Positions 26,061 to 41,890 of a stretch of DNA of 64,000 nt are shown in pieces. The stretch's first letter is position 1. Each line of letters starts with the position of its first letter. The position numbers were made by a program, and so were the translations under genes. Under the pieces are notes generated by a model that saw nothing but the letters and a program-made list of their open reading frames with translations, was not told the origin of the DNA and made no database searches. The DNA comes from Eledone cirrhosa (Eukaryota): NCBI GenBank assembly GCA_964016885.1, contig OZ024751.1, positions 24,738,001 to 24,802,000 on the forward strand. Reading direction: 5' to 3'.

Positions 26061-28982
26061 CATAATTTTTTCAGTGGTGGTTGTGATGGTGGTTGTAATG
26101 GTGGTGGTAGTGGTGGTGAGGGAAATACCAGTTTTACTGAAAGAAAACACAACAATGTAAAAGTATTTATTGTGAGTCATGTTTTTGTAAATAAGAAATA
26201 AGATGGCTGCTGATGGATGAAAGGTGGCGATGATGGTGATTGGTTCATTCTCACTTAACTTGATAAGCATCAATACTGCTATAAAAAGCCATTGCTGAAG
26301 TTAAAGCATGTTGACAATATAGATGAGATCAAAGAGGATGACTGTGGCACCCCTTTCTCCATGACCCTCATACCACCACACCTATCAAATTGCTGCCTTT
26401 GTTTCATACTTAACATGCCATGTTAAAGTAGTGTGATGTGCTATCACAAACTCCACCACTTCAACATGTAGCCTCCTGTTTTCATAGTTTAGCACAGGTT
26501 TGTCTATTTGTTTAGTTTTGTTTTTTATTAAGTTCACATTGCTGTATCTGAAATTCATCATGTTTCATTTTTGTTTACTCTTTTACCTGCTCCAGCCATC
26601 CGGCCGAGGCCATGCTGGGGCACTGCCCTTTGTGTGTTTTTTTTTAATGATTTTCCAGATGCCTGTTTATTTATTTATTATTATTTTTCATGCTTGCTTG
26701 AGTTGAAGGATACCATTAAAAAAAACCCTTTTGATATCAAACTGCCTGAAACTGGTTCTGGTTTATAATCTAAAACCTTTTCGCCATTATTTTATGTAAG
26801 AATCTTTCTTAAATTACACTCCATGTTGGGTCATCATATTATTATATCAGATGTAACATAACAGATTGTTATGTATCTATTGTAACTTAACATGTCACAC
26901 AATCCTTGGTGTTAGGTCTTAATATTATTATTGGTAGAGTGTCAAACACCATGCTTTGCAGCATAGGAGTTATGGCCCTTTATGTTCTGAGTTCAAATCC
27001 CACCGAGGTTAACTTTGCCTTTCATCCTTACGGGGTTGATAAAATAAAGTACCAGTAATGCACTGGGGTAATTGCTGGCCTTGTGCCAAAAGTAGAAACA
27101 TTATTATTGTTGTAACATCAAATGTAACACAGCCTATGGTGTTGTCTTAATATTATCATTGTAACACATGGCGGTGAATTGGCAGTATCGGTAGAGGGTC
27201 GGACGCCATGCTTTGACGAATAGAGTTACGGCCCTTGCCATTCTGAGTTCAAATCCCGCCAAGGTTAACTTTGCCTTTCATCCTTACGGGGGTCGATAAA
27301 ATAAAGTACCAGTAATACACTGGGAAATTGCTGGCCTTGTGCCAAAAGTAGAAACAATCATCATTGTAACACTGAATGTAACACAACCCTTGGTGTTGGG
27401 TCTTAATATTATTGTAACACCAAATGTAACACAGACTTTGGTGTTGGGTCTTAATATTATTATTGTAACACCAATGCTTTGTCTTTCATCATAACTGGGT
27501 TGATAAAATCGACTGGGGTCGATTTCATCAACTTTCCCCTCCCCTAAAATTGCTGGCCTTGTGCATAAATCAGAAACCATTATTATTAGACTTTGGTGTT
27601 GGGTCTTAATATTATTGTAACACCATTGTAACACCATTGTAACAGAGCCCTTGGTGTTTGTTTTCAATAGTATGTGTTTGTGTAACAAACTTTGGTGTTG
27701 AGTCGATAAAAAAAGTACCAGTCAAGTACTGGGGTTGATTTTTCCTGTATATCTCTTTCTCACTTCGGTTCTTTTACTTTCTATTCTTCTCTGGAAGAAG
27801 TCTTATTCAGACATGGAATTTAAAAATGTCCCAGAAATGTCATATGTCAAAACAGTGCCTCTGTGACTCCCTCAGGAGTTTCGGGACCATGTATACATGC
27901 AGTAATGTAAACTAACTTAACCCTTTTGCATTCACATTACTCTATATATACTATTATATTTTCATGCTAAACGCTTTACCTCACATAATATCTCACATAA
28001 TATAGAATCTGAGATTTTGAAAGTATTTATTTTGAGAACAATACCTTAACATAAGTTTGAGCGACCAGTTTCAGCCAGTTTCAACAGAAAGAGGTAGAGA
28101 ATTCTGGCCGGTTTTGGCCAGTTTGAACATTAAAGGGTTAAGCTGGTCTTTGATGTTATAAAGGCTTTTACATAAAACTATGATGGAAAGTTTTTAGATA
28201 AATATAAACATTTCAGTATCAACAGTTTTGTATCATAAAACTTGGGTCAGTTTCTGGTGGTTTGGTATCAAGGAAGGTGGGTGGGGGTGGGGGTTAAATA
28301 CAGGGTAAGTCATAAGTAACTGGTGAGTCAATGCATTTTTATTGTATTTTATTTTAAGGTTCACAGATAACTTTTTAAACATCCGGTTATTTATATGTGA
28401 TCAGCCATGGTTATATTTTTTAACCCATTAGCATTTAAACCGGCCGTAGCCGGCCAGAATTCACCCCCTTCTTTCTGTTCAAACCGGCTGTAACTAGCCA
28501 CTCATACTGATGTTAAGGTATGTTCTGAAAATGATAACAAAATCTCATAGATTCGATATTATGTGAGATAAAGCCGTTACCACGAAAATACAATAGTATA
28601 TATAGAGTAATATAAATGCTAAAGGGTTAAACTACTTTTGTTTGATGTATTTATAATTCCGTAATGATTTACCAACTCTGCTGTTGGGGATCGAACTTTG
28701 TGGAGAAAAATGATGCACAGTCTACAACTGGCAGAGGTTAGTGTCCAAATAGTTGTAGTAGTAATGTATGACCAGAATTTTTGTAAATATTATTTGGAAT
28801 ACAAATGTTGGACTTCCCAGTTACTTATGACTCAACCTGTATAACAGCTGAAATTGTATCAGTAGACATGGCCTTCTGTGTTCTAATTAACTGCTGATCC
28901 CTAAACATGGCAGAAGTAGGGATCTACACAAATGTACTGGTTGCATGCCTGGAATAGCGCAATATACACAAATATCTTCTGC

Positions 28983-29080
28983 AATCCCGATCTAAATATG
29001 AATGGAGAGGCCTTATTAGACTTCTGTTCTAGCAATGGACTCTCTATTATGAACACCTTCTTCCAGCATAGACATCCATA
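28983..29080 (+). mobile_element. LINE AP-endonuclease fragment
   Basis: Translates NPDLNMNGEALLDFCSSNGLSIMNTFFQHR, matching the NGxxLLxFC..NTFF motif of RTE-type endonucleases. Confidence 0.7.
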
Positions 29081-30007
29081 AATATACATATAAAAATTCT
29101 GGACTATTCTTATTTTTTCCTTTTACTGGTTTCAGTCTCTATACTGGGAGCACCACCTTTTCATGACCATATTCCTAATGATACACACTCTATTTCAATT
29201 AGTTAATGAAGAATTTTGAAGGATTTACTAAAATTATCAATGATTTCATTACTAAGATTGTGACTTAATATACAGTTCTTATATTAAATTATGTTGGAAG
29301 ATTTTAATTTAAATTGGTAAATTTTAAAATGGGTGGTTTTATTTCATAGAACCAGAGCCAGTTTTGGCCAGGTTGGTAACTAAAGGGTAAAGGGTTGTAG
29401 GCACCCATGCAGTCGTGAACAAACACAGACACCTTTCTCAAGCCCCTCTCTCCCTTGATCTAGAGGATCAGCCAGGATGTGACAGGTGGAAGAAAAAAGG
29501 TTTGCACCAGCACTGAACTGGTACTTTATCGAACCCTGAAAGGACAAATGGTAAAGTGGACCTTAGAGGGGTTTGATCTCAGATCACTGAAACCCCAAAC
29601 AAATATCCAATGCTCTAATGACTTTGCCAACTCAACTTCCGAAAATTAACCCCTTAGCATTTACATTACTTTATATTTACTATTGTATTTTCATGGTAAA
29701 GACTTTACCTTATTTAATTATCTCACATAATATCGAATCTATGAGATTTTGATATTATTTATTTTACGAACAATACCTTAACATCAGTATGAGTGGTTGG
29801 TTACAGCCAGTTTGAACAGGTGAGAGAATTCTGGCCAGATACAGCCAGTTTAAATGCTAAAGGGTTAAGACTGAAGATAAATTGAGAGATTTCTGTTTTA
29901 AATCTTTTGATATGAATCTGCCTTTTGATATAAAACTGCATTTTAACGTATTTATATTGATCTGAAAACCTTTCATCAGGATTTTATGTAGGAACCTTTG
30001 TTTCAAA

Positions 30008-30530
30008 CATCATCATCATCATTGTTTTTATGCTCACTCTTCCACTCTTGCATGGGTTGGGTGGATCCTTCTCAGCAAGGTATCTTTCCACACGTTTCTT
30101 TGTCATCTCCTCTGTGAGTCCCAGTGATTTGAGGTCAGCTCTCAACTTTTGCCAAGGTCTTTCTTGGTTTACCTCTACTGTGACTTCCTTCCACTGGCAT
30201 TTCTTCACCAATTGATCATTGTCCATGTGCATCACATATCCAAACCAATGCAGTTTTCTCTAATGCACACCATCTCAGATTTATCTTAAACCCAGCTTCT
30301 CCTTCAACTCATCCAAAACCTGTCTTTATTTCATATTTACATTGCACATCCAATGGAGCATGGTTGCTTCATTTCTCTCCAGTCTACTCATGTCCTCTGA
30401 AGTCACAGGCCATGTTTCACTACCATGCAGCATCACACTTTGCACACAGGTGTCATACAGTCATCCTTTTGTATGTAGGGAGAAACCTTTTGCACATCCA
30501 ACAGAGCATGCTTGCTTCATTTCTCTTCAG
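30008..30530 (-). mobile_element. Decayed RTE LINE 3' fragment
   Basis: ASMLCWMC and VKKC..ADLKSLGLTEEMT motifs with a (TGA)n tail. Confidence 0.8.
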
Positions 30531-31325
30531 CTTCCTAATAGTTCCTAATTTTAGTACAAGGCCAGCCAATATAGGTGTTGATGTAGGAAAGTTGATTATA
30601 TCAATCCCAATGCTCCTTGGAAGGATAAAAGACCAATTTGGTCTCACTGGGATTTGAACTCAGAATGTAAAAGGCCAGAACAAATAATGCTAAGCATTAG
30701 TCTGACACCAAGAAAAAGTTAGTTATATTACAAAGTCCCTCCAAATTCTTAATTATTTTCAAAATTATTTGAAACATATAGGTAATGCCTTTAACCCTTT
30801 AGCATTCACATTATTCTATATTTACTATTGTATTTTCACAGTAAAGGCTTTATTTCACATAATGTTGAATCTATGAGATTTTGATGTCCTTATTTGTTTT
30901 GAGAACAATACCTTAATGTCAGTATGAGCTGCCAGTTATGACCAGTGAACAGAAAGAGGTGAGAGAATTCTGGCCGGATATGGCTGATTTGAATGCTAAA
31001 GGGTTAATTAGAAATATGGCAACAAAATGGTCAAAACCTTTTTGTATGAATTTCAGAAAATAGTTTTGTGGTTTTTTTTTGCTGTCTCATATGTGGTCTT
31101 TGTTAGTTACTAACAATGAGTTTAGTCTTTGTTACTAACATACTATTGCAGTGAGTAAGATTATGTTTCATTCATAGTCTATTTAGTATTTGTAAGACAT
31201 AAAAACCCAGAAATTTACCTATGTACTAATGTGGTTGGTTATTAATCATTTCCAATGTATTTCAATACTTTACCACCACACCTTCACACATTCATATTAC
31301 TACTTATCATTTCTTCTCATGTGAA

Positions 31326-31400
<75 letters not shown>

Positions 31401-31402
<2 letters not shown>

Positions 31403-32864
31403 GGTAGATAGGGCCATTAGAGATAAAAGACTGGCATGGAAGGCTTGGAAAAATGGTGGGAGTAGGGAAGGATACACAGCCGCTAAGAGAGAAGCTAGAC
31501 GTCAGGTGTACTTAGCACGCGGGGAGGTTTGCCAATGTTCTGCGACGGGAAGATCAGAGACGTGCGGTGTTCCGCATTGCAAGGTAGTGTGTCAGTGCAA
31601 ATCGGGATGTTGTTGGAGATAAGTGGGTCCGGAATAATGCCGGTGTGCTTAGTGTCATGAGTGATCAAAAAAAGGAGGCTTGGAAATGTCACTATGATAG
31701 ACTGATGAATGTGGAGAACGAATGGGACAGAGAGAAATTAATCCCAGTAGACCCAACAGAGGGACCAGCTATTGAGATTGACGAATATAGGGTACAAGAG
31801 GCAATTAAGTAAACGAAGAATGGTAAGGCTGCTGGACAATCGGGGATAGTTGCTGAGATGCTGAAGGCATCAGGTGAAGTAGGCATTAAACTGGTTGCAC
31901 GCATCATCAATCAAGCTATATATGGTGGTGTCATACCCAATGACTGGTGCAGCAGTATTCTCATAAATTGCTACAAAGGTAAAGAGGATGCTCTAGAGAG
32001 GAGAAATTATAGGGGCATAAAGCTGATGGATCAGGTTATGAAAGTGGTAGAGAGAATATTAGCGCAACTGATTAGAGAAGGGTCAAATTAGATGAGATGC
32101 AGTTTGGTTTTGTGCCTCGGAAATGTCCAACAGATGCCCTCTTCTTAGTGAGGGAACTACAAAAGAAGTTCTTAGAGAAGAATAAGCCACTATACTTAGC
32201 TTTTGTTGACCTAGAGAAAGCCTTTGATAGGGTGCCCCGATCTATCATCTGGTGGTCCCTAAGGAAACTAGGTTTAGAGGAATGTCTTGTGAGGACAGTG
32301 CAAGCTATGTACAGGGGTGCTGTCAGTAAAGTGAGAGTAGGTATGGAGTTTAGTGAGGAATTCCAGATACAAGTAGGTGTACATCAGTAGAGGAGCTAGA
32401 GAATAAATCTGGCTATGGAAACAGCAGTTGGAATCAAGAGGACTGAGAGTGAACTTAGCTAAGACAAAAGTGTTGATCAGTAGAAGGGAGGACAATACTC
32501 CGATTCCATCAGGGAAATAGCCATGTTCGATATGTAGGAAAGGAACTGGCATAAATTCCATAAAATGTACGCAATGCAGATCTTGGGTACACGAGATGTA
32601 GTGGGATAGCAGGCAAACTAACAGGTAGGGAAAACTACGTATGCAGTAGATGTACAGGGAAAGTTGGTAATAGTAATCGCAGTGATAGACACATTTTTCC
32701 AATGCAGGTGGGTTCTATAGAAGTGGTTGATAGCTTCCGGTACCTAGGTGATCAGATTAACATGGGAGGGGGGGGGTGTTCCGAGGCCATAGTATCTAGA
32801 ACATGGACGTATTGGAAGAAGTTTAGGGAGCTGCTTCCTTTGTTGACAAAGAAGGGTTTCTCCC

Positions 32865-32866
<2 letters not shown>
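31401..32866 (+). pseudogene. RTE LINE reverse-transcriptase region, disrupted, catalytic YADD segment deleted
   Basis: YKGK.DALE..NYRGIKL, QFGFVP, AFVDLEKAFDRVPR, VGVHQ, then a jump to GL.VNLAKTKVL and VVDSFRYLGD. Confidence 0.93.
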
Positions 32867-32904
<38 letters not shown>

Positions 32905-32905
32905 C

Positions 32906-33308
32906 ATATCTTCCTGCTATTTCAAGCGTGAAACTAATATATTTCTTCCATGTACTGTGTCGGTCACCTTGTTATTTCTATTTACCTTTTGCATACATAC
33001 ATCAAGATAAATATAAATATATTTCCACACTGTAAACGTGGTTGGTGTTCGGAAGGGCATCCAGCCGTAGAAAACCCGCCAGCCAGTCCTATACGAGCAG
33101 GACAACTAATCTTGCCTCAAGTGGGAAAACTCGCGTCCAAACCCATGCAAGCGTGGAAGATGGACGTTAAACGATGATGATGATGATGATGATGATGATA
33201 TTTATCTTGATGTATGTATGTAAAAGGTAAATAGAAATAACAAGGTGACCGACACAGTACATGGAAGATATATATATTAGTTTCACGCTTGAAATAGCAG
33301 GAAGATAT
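32906..33308. repeat. ~110-bp inverted repeat (32906-33014 / 33198-33308) enclosing a SINE 3' fragment
   Basis: ATATCTTCCTGCTATTTCAAGCGTGAAACTAAT...CATCAAGATAAATAT and its reverse complement. Confidence 0.9.
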
Positions 33309-34387
33309 ATATATATATATACACACACACCAGGAAGGTAAGAATACACGTTTGTATAGAATCCACCTAAGGGGATATGTATACACCAGTACCCACTCTG
33401 GGTCACACCTCAGCAGAAGATATAACCTTCTCTCTAGAGGACCAATATGAGGGAAGGTACTTAATGATCAGCTTGGTATTGGTTGATATGTTGTTTCTTT
33501 GGTTGAGCGAGCCATCTTTTATCTTCATTAACTTCATTGGTTGGCAGCATATTAATTAATATAGAGAACAATAATAGAATTTACACATACACACGCACAC
33601 ACAGACACACACACATATATATATTTAATGTGTGTACAGAGAGGGGGAGGGAGGGGCACACTTACAGGCTTTCTAAATTATTTTTGGAAAATATTTTGTT
33701 TGGTTGCCTCTTAGTTTCTATGGCTCCTCTTTTTAAACACTGAGACCTCCCCTGACTATGTCTAAACACACACATCCATATATATATATATATATATGTC
33801 TGTGTGAGTCCCAGGTTCAATCAGGGATAACCACAGTAAGGAACTCAATACATTAGTAGAGTGTAAGCTAAAAGTGTTTCAATAGAAAGAAAGAAATGAT
33901 TGAAATAGTAGAAACCATTTATATATAATCATTTCATTTTACGTCCGCTTTTCCCTGCTTGCAAGGGTGGGACGGGAATTGATTTTGGCTTGATTTCTAC
34001 AGCTGGATGCCTTTCCTAACACCAACCTCATTTACAGTGAGTGCTGGGTGCTTTTTTGCCGTGGCACCTCCACGACCACTTTGCAGTGGAATAATAAGGA
34101 CCCCAGTCCCTATCATCTCATTTCTACAGCTGAGTAAACTGGAGCAATGTGAAATAAAGTGTCTTGCTCAAGGAAACAACACATCACCCGGTCTGAGAAT
34201 TGAACTCACAACCTTTCGATTGCAAGCCCAATGCTCTAACCACTAAACCATGTGCCTCCATTATATATATATATATATTTCTCGCCAAAGTTTATATTAT
34301 TCCTGATGTAATACTTGCTTATATATATATATAAACAAAATTAACTCGAATATTGAGTTTTGAAAAGGCTAGTGTATTAGAATTTGT

Positions 34388-34641
34388 AGGAAAATGGAAA
34401 AACTCGGCGTAAGGAAGCTGTTAAAACAGCATAATGCCATCAAAAGAGCATAGGGTAAAACATTTCCTCGATGGATAGAAACCAGCAGCTCAAAGTGTGT
34501 TGGCTCGATGAATAGATAGTTCTTCCTTCCTATCTATTCTTCACTTTGAGCCGCTAATTTCTATCCGTCGAGGTAATGTTTTACCCTATGGCATTATGCT
34601 GTTTTAACAGCTTCCTTATGCCGATATTTTTCCATTTTCCT
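34388..34641. repeat. Foldback element with ~100-bp imperfect arms
   Basis: AAGGAAGCTGTTAAAACAGCATAATGCCAT / ATGGCATTATGCTGTTTTAACAGCTTCCTT; inner GAATAGATAG / CTATCTATTC. Confidence 0.85.
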
Positions 34642-34651
34642 TTGAATATAT

Positions 34652-34684
<33 letters not shown>

Positions 34685-34999
34685 TTATATTGCAGCTCTC
34701 AAAGGCAATGTCACAGGACCGGGATCTCTGGCATTACGCAGTAATACAGAAGACCCAACTTCCCATGAACATAGGTCGAAGATGAAGCATATGTATAATA
34801 TGTTTCAGAACATTATTTTTTATCCACCCCATGGTTCTCTGGAGAACCATGGGGTGGAGATTTGTGTTTGTGTGCATCATGTTCATCATTCAATGCATAT
34901 ATTTACACACATATGATGATGATGACAGGCTTCTGTAGAGTTTCTGCCTACCAAATTTCACTTGTGAAGGTTATAGTAGAAGACACTTCCTGAAAGTGC

Positions 35000-35405
35000 C
35001 ACACAAATGAGGTTGAAGCAGAAAGTACACAATCCTGTATAGGTGAAAGGTTTAAGGTGCCCCCTAAATGATGTTGAACCAGAAAACATATAGCCTTATA
35101 TAGATGAAAGGTTGAAGGTGCTATACATGAGGTTGAACCAGAAAACACAGCCTTATATAGATGAAAGGTTGAAGGTGCTATACATGAGGTTGAACCAGAA
35201 AACACAGCCCTATATAGATGAAAGGTTGAAGGTGCTATACATGAGGTTGAATCAGAAAACACACAGCCCTATATAGATGAAAGGTTGAAGGTGCTATACA
35301 TGAGGTTGAACCAGAAAACACACAGCCCTATATAGATGAAAGGTTGAAGGTGCTATACATGAGGTTGAACCAGAAAACACTCAGTCCTATATAGATGAAA
35401 GGTTT
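35000..35405. repeat. ~57-59-bp minisatellite, about 7 copies
   Basis: Unit AAAGGTTGAAGGTGCTATACATGAGGTTGAACCAGAAAACACAGCCCTATATAGATG. Confidence 0.92.
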
Positions 35406-35757
35406 TTTTTCTGAATTTCCAGGTTTTAATGAATATAAAAACATCAAAATCAGATATGATTTGGTTGACTTACAAAAGCATTGGGAATGTTGAAATTTGA
35501 AATTAGTCTCCACAAAACAGATACATATAATGATAGTTGATATCTATGAATAACAGTATAATCCTTTGATAAATCATGTAAAGTATTCCTGGAGACAGAC
35601 AGGGATTCTTTACTTGATTTACTGAACTATTATTTATAGTTATCGGCGGGGAGGCAGCTATATTTTCAAATTTCAAACCAATATAAATTATAAATATAAT
35701 TATTTCATAAACATAGATATGTTTATACAAGTGTGTGTGTGTATACAAATGCGCGCG

Positions 35758-35802
<45 letters not shown>

Positions 35803-36859
35803 CCTTGTGCACCATGCATGCATCTGTGTACACATCTTTACACACACACACCTACACACATCTTCACACACATAAATACACACCTGTACACACATCTGTA
35901 CACACACACCTACAAATAATCTATACACACACATCTACACACACACCTACACACATGCATGTCCACACCTGCAATTTTTATTTGATCATCATCCATATAT
36001 TCAAAATATTGTTCATTTGAAACCAGTTGTGTGTGTGTGTAGAGGTATTTGTGTGTGTGTGTAGAGAGAGGAGGGATATGTGTGTAGCGAGAGAAGGGGG
36101 GAGGGATGCGTGTGTGTGTCGAGAGAGGGAGAGAAGAGATATATGTGTGTGTGTGTGTGTGAGTGAGATGTATGTATGTGTATATGTAGGGTTATGTATG
36201 TGTGGGTATTTGTGAGAGGGAGGTGGGTATTTGTGGGTCTGTAGAGAGGTAGGTATGTAGGTTTATGTATGTGTGGGTATTTGTGAGAGGGAGGTGGGTA
36301 TTTGTGGGTCTGTAGAGAGGTAGGTATGTAGGTTTATGTATGTGTGGGTATTTGTGAGAAGGAGGTGGGTATTTGTGGGTCTGTAGAGAGAGGTAGGTGT
36401 GTATGTATGTGTATATGTTGGGTTATGTGTGGGCTATATATGTGAGAGATGTGAGAGATGTGTGTGTGTGGGGGTGGGTATTTGTATATGGATGAGGAGG
36501 TATTTATGCATGTGTGTGTATGTGTATGTAGGAAGAGAGAGTGGGGTATATATGCATGTATGGATATATGTAGGGCTCTGTATATGTGTATGCATGTATG
36601 AGTAAGGGTATTTGTGTATGTTGGAGTATTTATGTGTGTGTGTGTATAGAAGTAAAACTACGAAATCATATACCAAACAATTATCTGTGCTAGTGCCTTA
36701 AACATTTACCATATATACCTGAGCATAGGTGTATGTTCCTGTGTATGACTCACCCCCCTCCAACATGATGAGAAAAGATAGCATGTGACCTTATCTACTG
36801 GACCTAGAAAACTAAAAACTTGACTATTAAATGTATGATACATTGTACATGCATGCACA

Positions 36860-37200
36860 ATGGAGGTGAAAGTTGGGTATATATGAAAGTGAGACTTGGG
36901 TATATATGGAGGTGAGACTTGGGTATATATGGAGGTGAGACTTGGGTATATATGGAGGTGAGACTTGGGTATATATGGAGGTGAGATTTGCGTATATATA
37001 TGGAGGTGAGACTTGGGTATATATGGAGGTGAGACTTGGGTATATATGGAGGTGAGACTTGGGTATATATGGAGGTGAGACTTGGGTATATATGGAGGTG
37101 AGACTTGGGTATATATGGAGGTGAGACTTGGGTATATACATGGAGGTGAGACTTGGGTATATATATGGAGGTGAGACTTGGGTATATATATATGGAGGTG
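36860..37200. repeat. 23-bp minisatellite, about 14 copies
   Basis: Unit TATATATGGAGGTGAGACTTGGG. Confidence 0.95.
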
Positions 37201-37846
37201 CAATTTACCTCTGTGACTTATACTCAGGTATATAAATCTACCTGTACAATTACAATGTATATAACACTCTGCAACTTATACTTGAATATATAATGAGGTA
37301 CATCTTATCTACCTCTGCAACATACACCTGTGTATATGGAAGTGCGTCTTATCTACCTGTGCAACTTATACTCCAGTATATAAGGTAGTGCAATTAATTT
37401 ATCTGTCTTTTACTCTAGTATATAGATGTGAAGGTGCATGGCTCAGTGGTTAGAGCATTAGGCTTGCAATTGAAAGGTTGTGAGTTCAATTCTCGGACCG
37501 GGTGATGTGTTGTTTCCTTGAGCAACTCACTTTATTTCACATTGCTCCAGTTTACTCAGCTGTAGAAATGAGATGATAGGACTGCAAAGTGGTCGTAGAG
37601 GTGCCACGGTAAAAAAAGCACCCAGCCCACACTGTAAAGTGGACGTGTAGGTGCCACAGAAAAAAGCACCCAGCACTCACTGTAAAGAGGTTGGTGTTAG
37701 GAAGGGCATCTAGCTGTAGAAATCAAGTCAGAATCAGTTCCCGTATGAGCAAGACATGGTCAGCCAACCGGACATTGCTCACAACAGGACAACCCGTCTA
37801 ACCCATGCTAGCGTGGAAGAACGGACGTAAAACGGTGATGACGATG

Positions 37847-38155
37847 ATATAATGTAGAGTATCTCATCTACCAGTGTGACTTTTACTTTAGTATATAATG
37901 TAGAGTATCTCATCAATGTGACTTTTACTTTAGTATATAATGTAGAGTATCTCATCAATGTGACTTTTACTTTAGTATATAATGTAGAGTATCTTACTTT
38001 AGTATATAATGTAGAGTATCTCATCTACCAGTGTGACTTTTACTTTAGTATATAATGTAGAGTATCTCATCAATGTGACTTTTACTTTAGTATATAATGT
38101 AGAGTATCGCATCAATGTGACTTTTACTTTAGTATATAATGTAGAGTATCTTATC
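37847..38155. repeat. 42-bp minisatellite
   Basis: Unit GTGACTTTTACTTTAGTATATAATGTAGAGTATCTCATCAAT. Confidence 0.92.
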
Positions 38156-38159
38156 TTTT

Positions 38160-38306
38160 TGGTTCAGAAACTTTTGAGGGAACCCCAAAGTCTAATACTA
38201 TTATTTGGTTGTAATATAAATATACTCCTCTACCTTTTTTTCATGAAACCCTAGACACTCTTTTGCCGAACGCTTGGGTTCTGCAGAACCCACTTTGGGA
38301 ACCACT
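38160..38306. mobile_element. hAT (Charlie-like) MITE right end; a similar element at ~57835-58295
   Basis: Ends in TTTGGGAACCACTG / GTTGGGAAACACTG, the reverse of a CAGTG(G/T)TTCCCAA-type terminus; left ends not seen. Confidence 0.5.
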
Positions 38307-39174
38307 GCCCTAGTATAGTAAATTTATTCTACCTGTGTGATTGTTACTCTAGTATATAATGTGGTGTTATTTATCTACCTATGCAACAGATACAGGAGTA
38401 AATAAGGTAATTTAAAAAGATAAAATATCAAAACACAAAAAAAAAAGGTCATCGAAGCTAACCGATTTACTAAACCCACAATCTACTTGTGTAGTCCGTG
38501 ACTATCTCTAGGAAGAAGGTGATTTGTTTGGCTGTTAGGGTGGTGGATTGGCTGTAGCAGTAGAGGGTCGGACGCCATGCTTTACAGCAAAGAGTTACGG
38601 CCCTTTATAGTCTGAGTTCAAATCCCGCTGAGGTTAACTTTGCCTTTCATCCTTACGGGGTCGATAAAATAAAGTACCAGTAATTTACTGGGTAATTGTT
38701 GGCCTTGTGCCAAAAGTAGAAACAATTATTATTATTACGGGGGTCGATAAAGTAAAGTACCAGTAATGTACTGGGTAATTGCTGGCCTTGTGCCAAAAGT
38801 AGAAACAATTATTATTATCATCAGCTTCTGAGGTTTACTCTCTCTCTCTTTCTATTTCTCTCTCTCTCTCCCTCTCTCTACACACACGTATATATATACA
38901 TGGTGTCCCCCCCCCCAAAAAAAAAAATGTATATACACTTCAACAGCATTCTAATAAATATAGCCTGTACAGGTAACCAAAGTGTGTACACATTTTTTGG
39001 GACACCCGTTTTATAGCTTGTGTGTGTGTAGCTAAGAGGAGGGGTAGGAGGAGGAAACAGCAGCTAATGATGATTCAGCCTAATCTGTTTGTACTGTATG
39101 TATGTGTTGTGTATGTCTTGTTAGAAAGAGAGAGAGAGATGAGTCATCCTGTCATATAGCAGCACAGATACAGT

Positions 39175-39897
39175 AGCTACCACCACCACCACCACTACCA
39201 CCACCTTTATCGCCACCACCACCACCACCACCACCACCACCACCACCTTTATCGCCACCACCACCACCTTTATCGCCACCACCACCACCACCACCATCTT
39301 TATCACCTTTATCCCCACCACTACCACCACCACCTTTATCGCCATCACTACCACTACTACCTTTATCACCACCACTACCACCTTTATCACCACCACCACT
39401 ACCACCACCACCACCTTTATCGCCATCACTACCTTTATTACCACCACCACCTTTATCACCACCACCACTACCTTTATCACCACCACCACCTTTATCCCCA
39501 CCACTACCACCACCACCACCACCTTTATCACCACCACGACCACCACCACCTTTATCGCCATCACTACCACTACTACCACCACTACCTTTATCACCACCAC
39601 CACCACCTTTATCGCCATCACTACCAGTACTACCGTCACCACCTTTATCCCCACCACCACCTTTATCACCACCACCACCTTTATCCCCACCACCACTACC
39701 TTTATCACCACGACCACCACCACCTTTATCCCCACCACCACCACCTTTATCGCCACCACGACCACCACCACCTTTATCGCCATCACTACCACTACTACCA
39801 CCACCACCTTTATCACCACCACGACCACCACCACCTTTATCGCCATCACTACCACTACCACCACCACTACCTTTATCACCACCACCACCACCTTTAT
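39175..39897. repeat. (CAC)n-based low-complexity repeat punctuated by CTTTAT
   Basis: Triplet-phase repeat that yields Gly/Asp/Lys and Val-rich pseudo-ORFs. Confidence 0.9.
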
Positions 39898-40159
39898 TGA
39901 CTGAGCCTCTCACTATTAAATAATTGTTTCTACTTTAGGCACAAGGCCAGCAAATACCCAGTGCATTACTGGTACTTTATTTTATCGACCCTCTCACTAT
40001 TAAATAATGATACCCTTTAGTTCTCTCTCTTTCTCTCTTGTGCTCTCTATCAAACTCTCTCACACACACACTCTCTCACACACTCGCTCACTCTCTCACA
40101 CACTCTTTCTCACTCTCTCACTCTCTCTCTTTGTGTTGGTAGGTAGCAGCTGATTGTCC

Positions 40160-41890
<1,731 letters not shown>

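Noticed and set aside
36860-37200. 23-bp repeat, and the other arrays, as CRISPR-like loci
   Set aside because: No unique spacers, no cas genes, eukaryotic context.
39121-39913. Gly-rich GGGGDK repeat protein
   Set aside because: Triplet low-complexity DNA that is open in more than one frame, abuts a SINE fragment and has no ATG or supported splice sites. A structural-protein exon is not strictly excluded.
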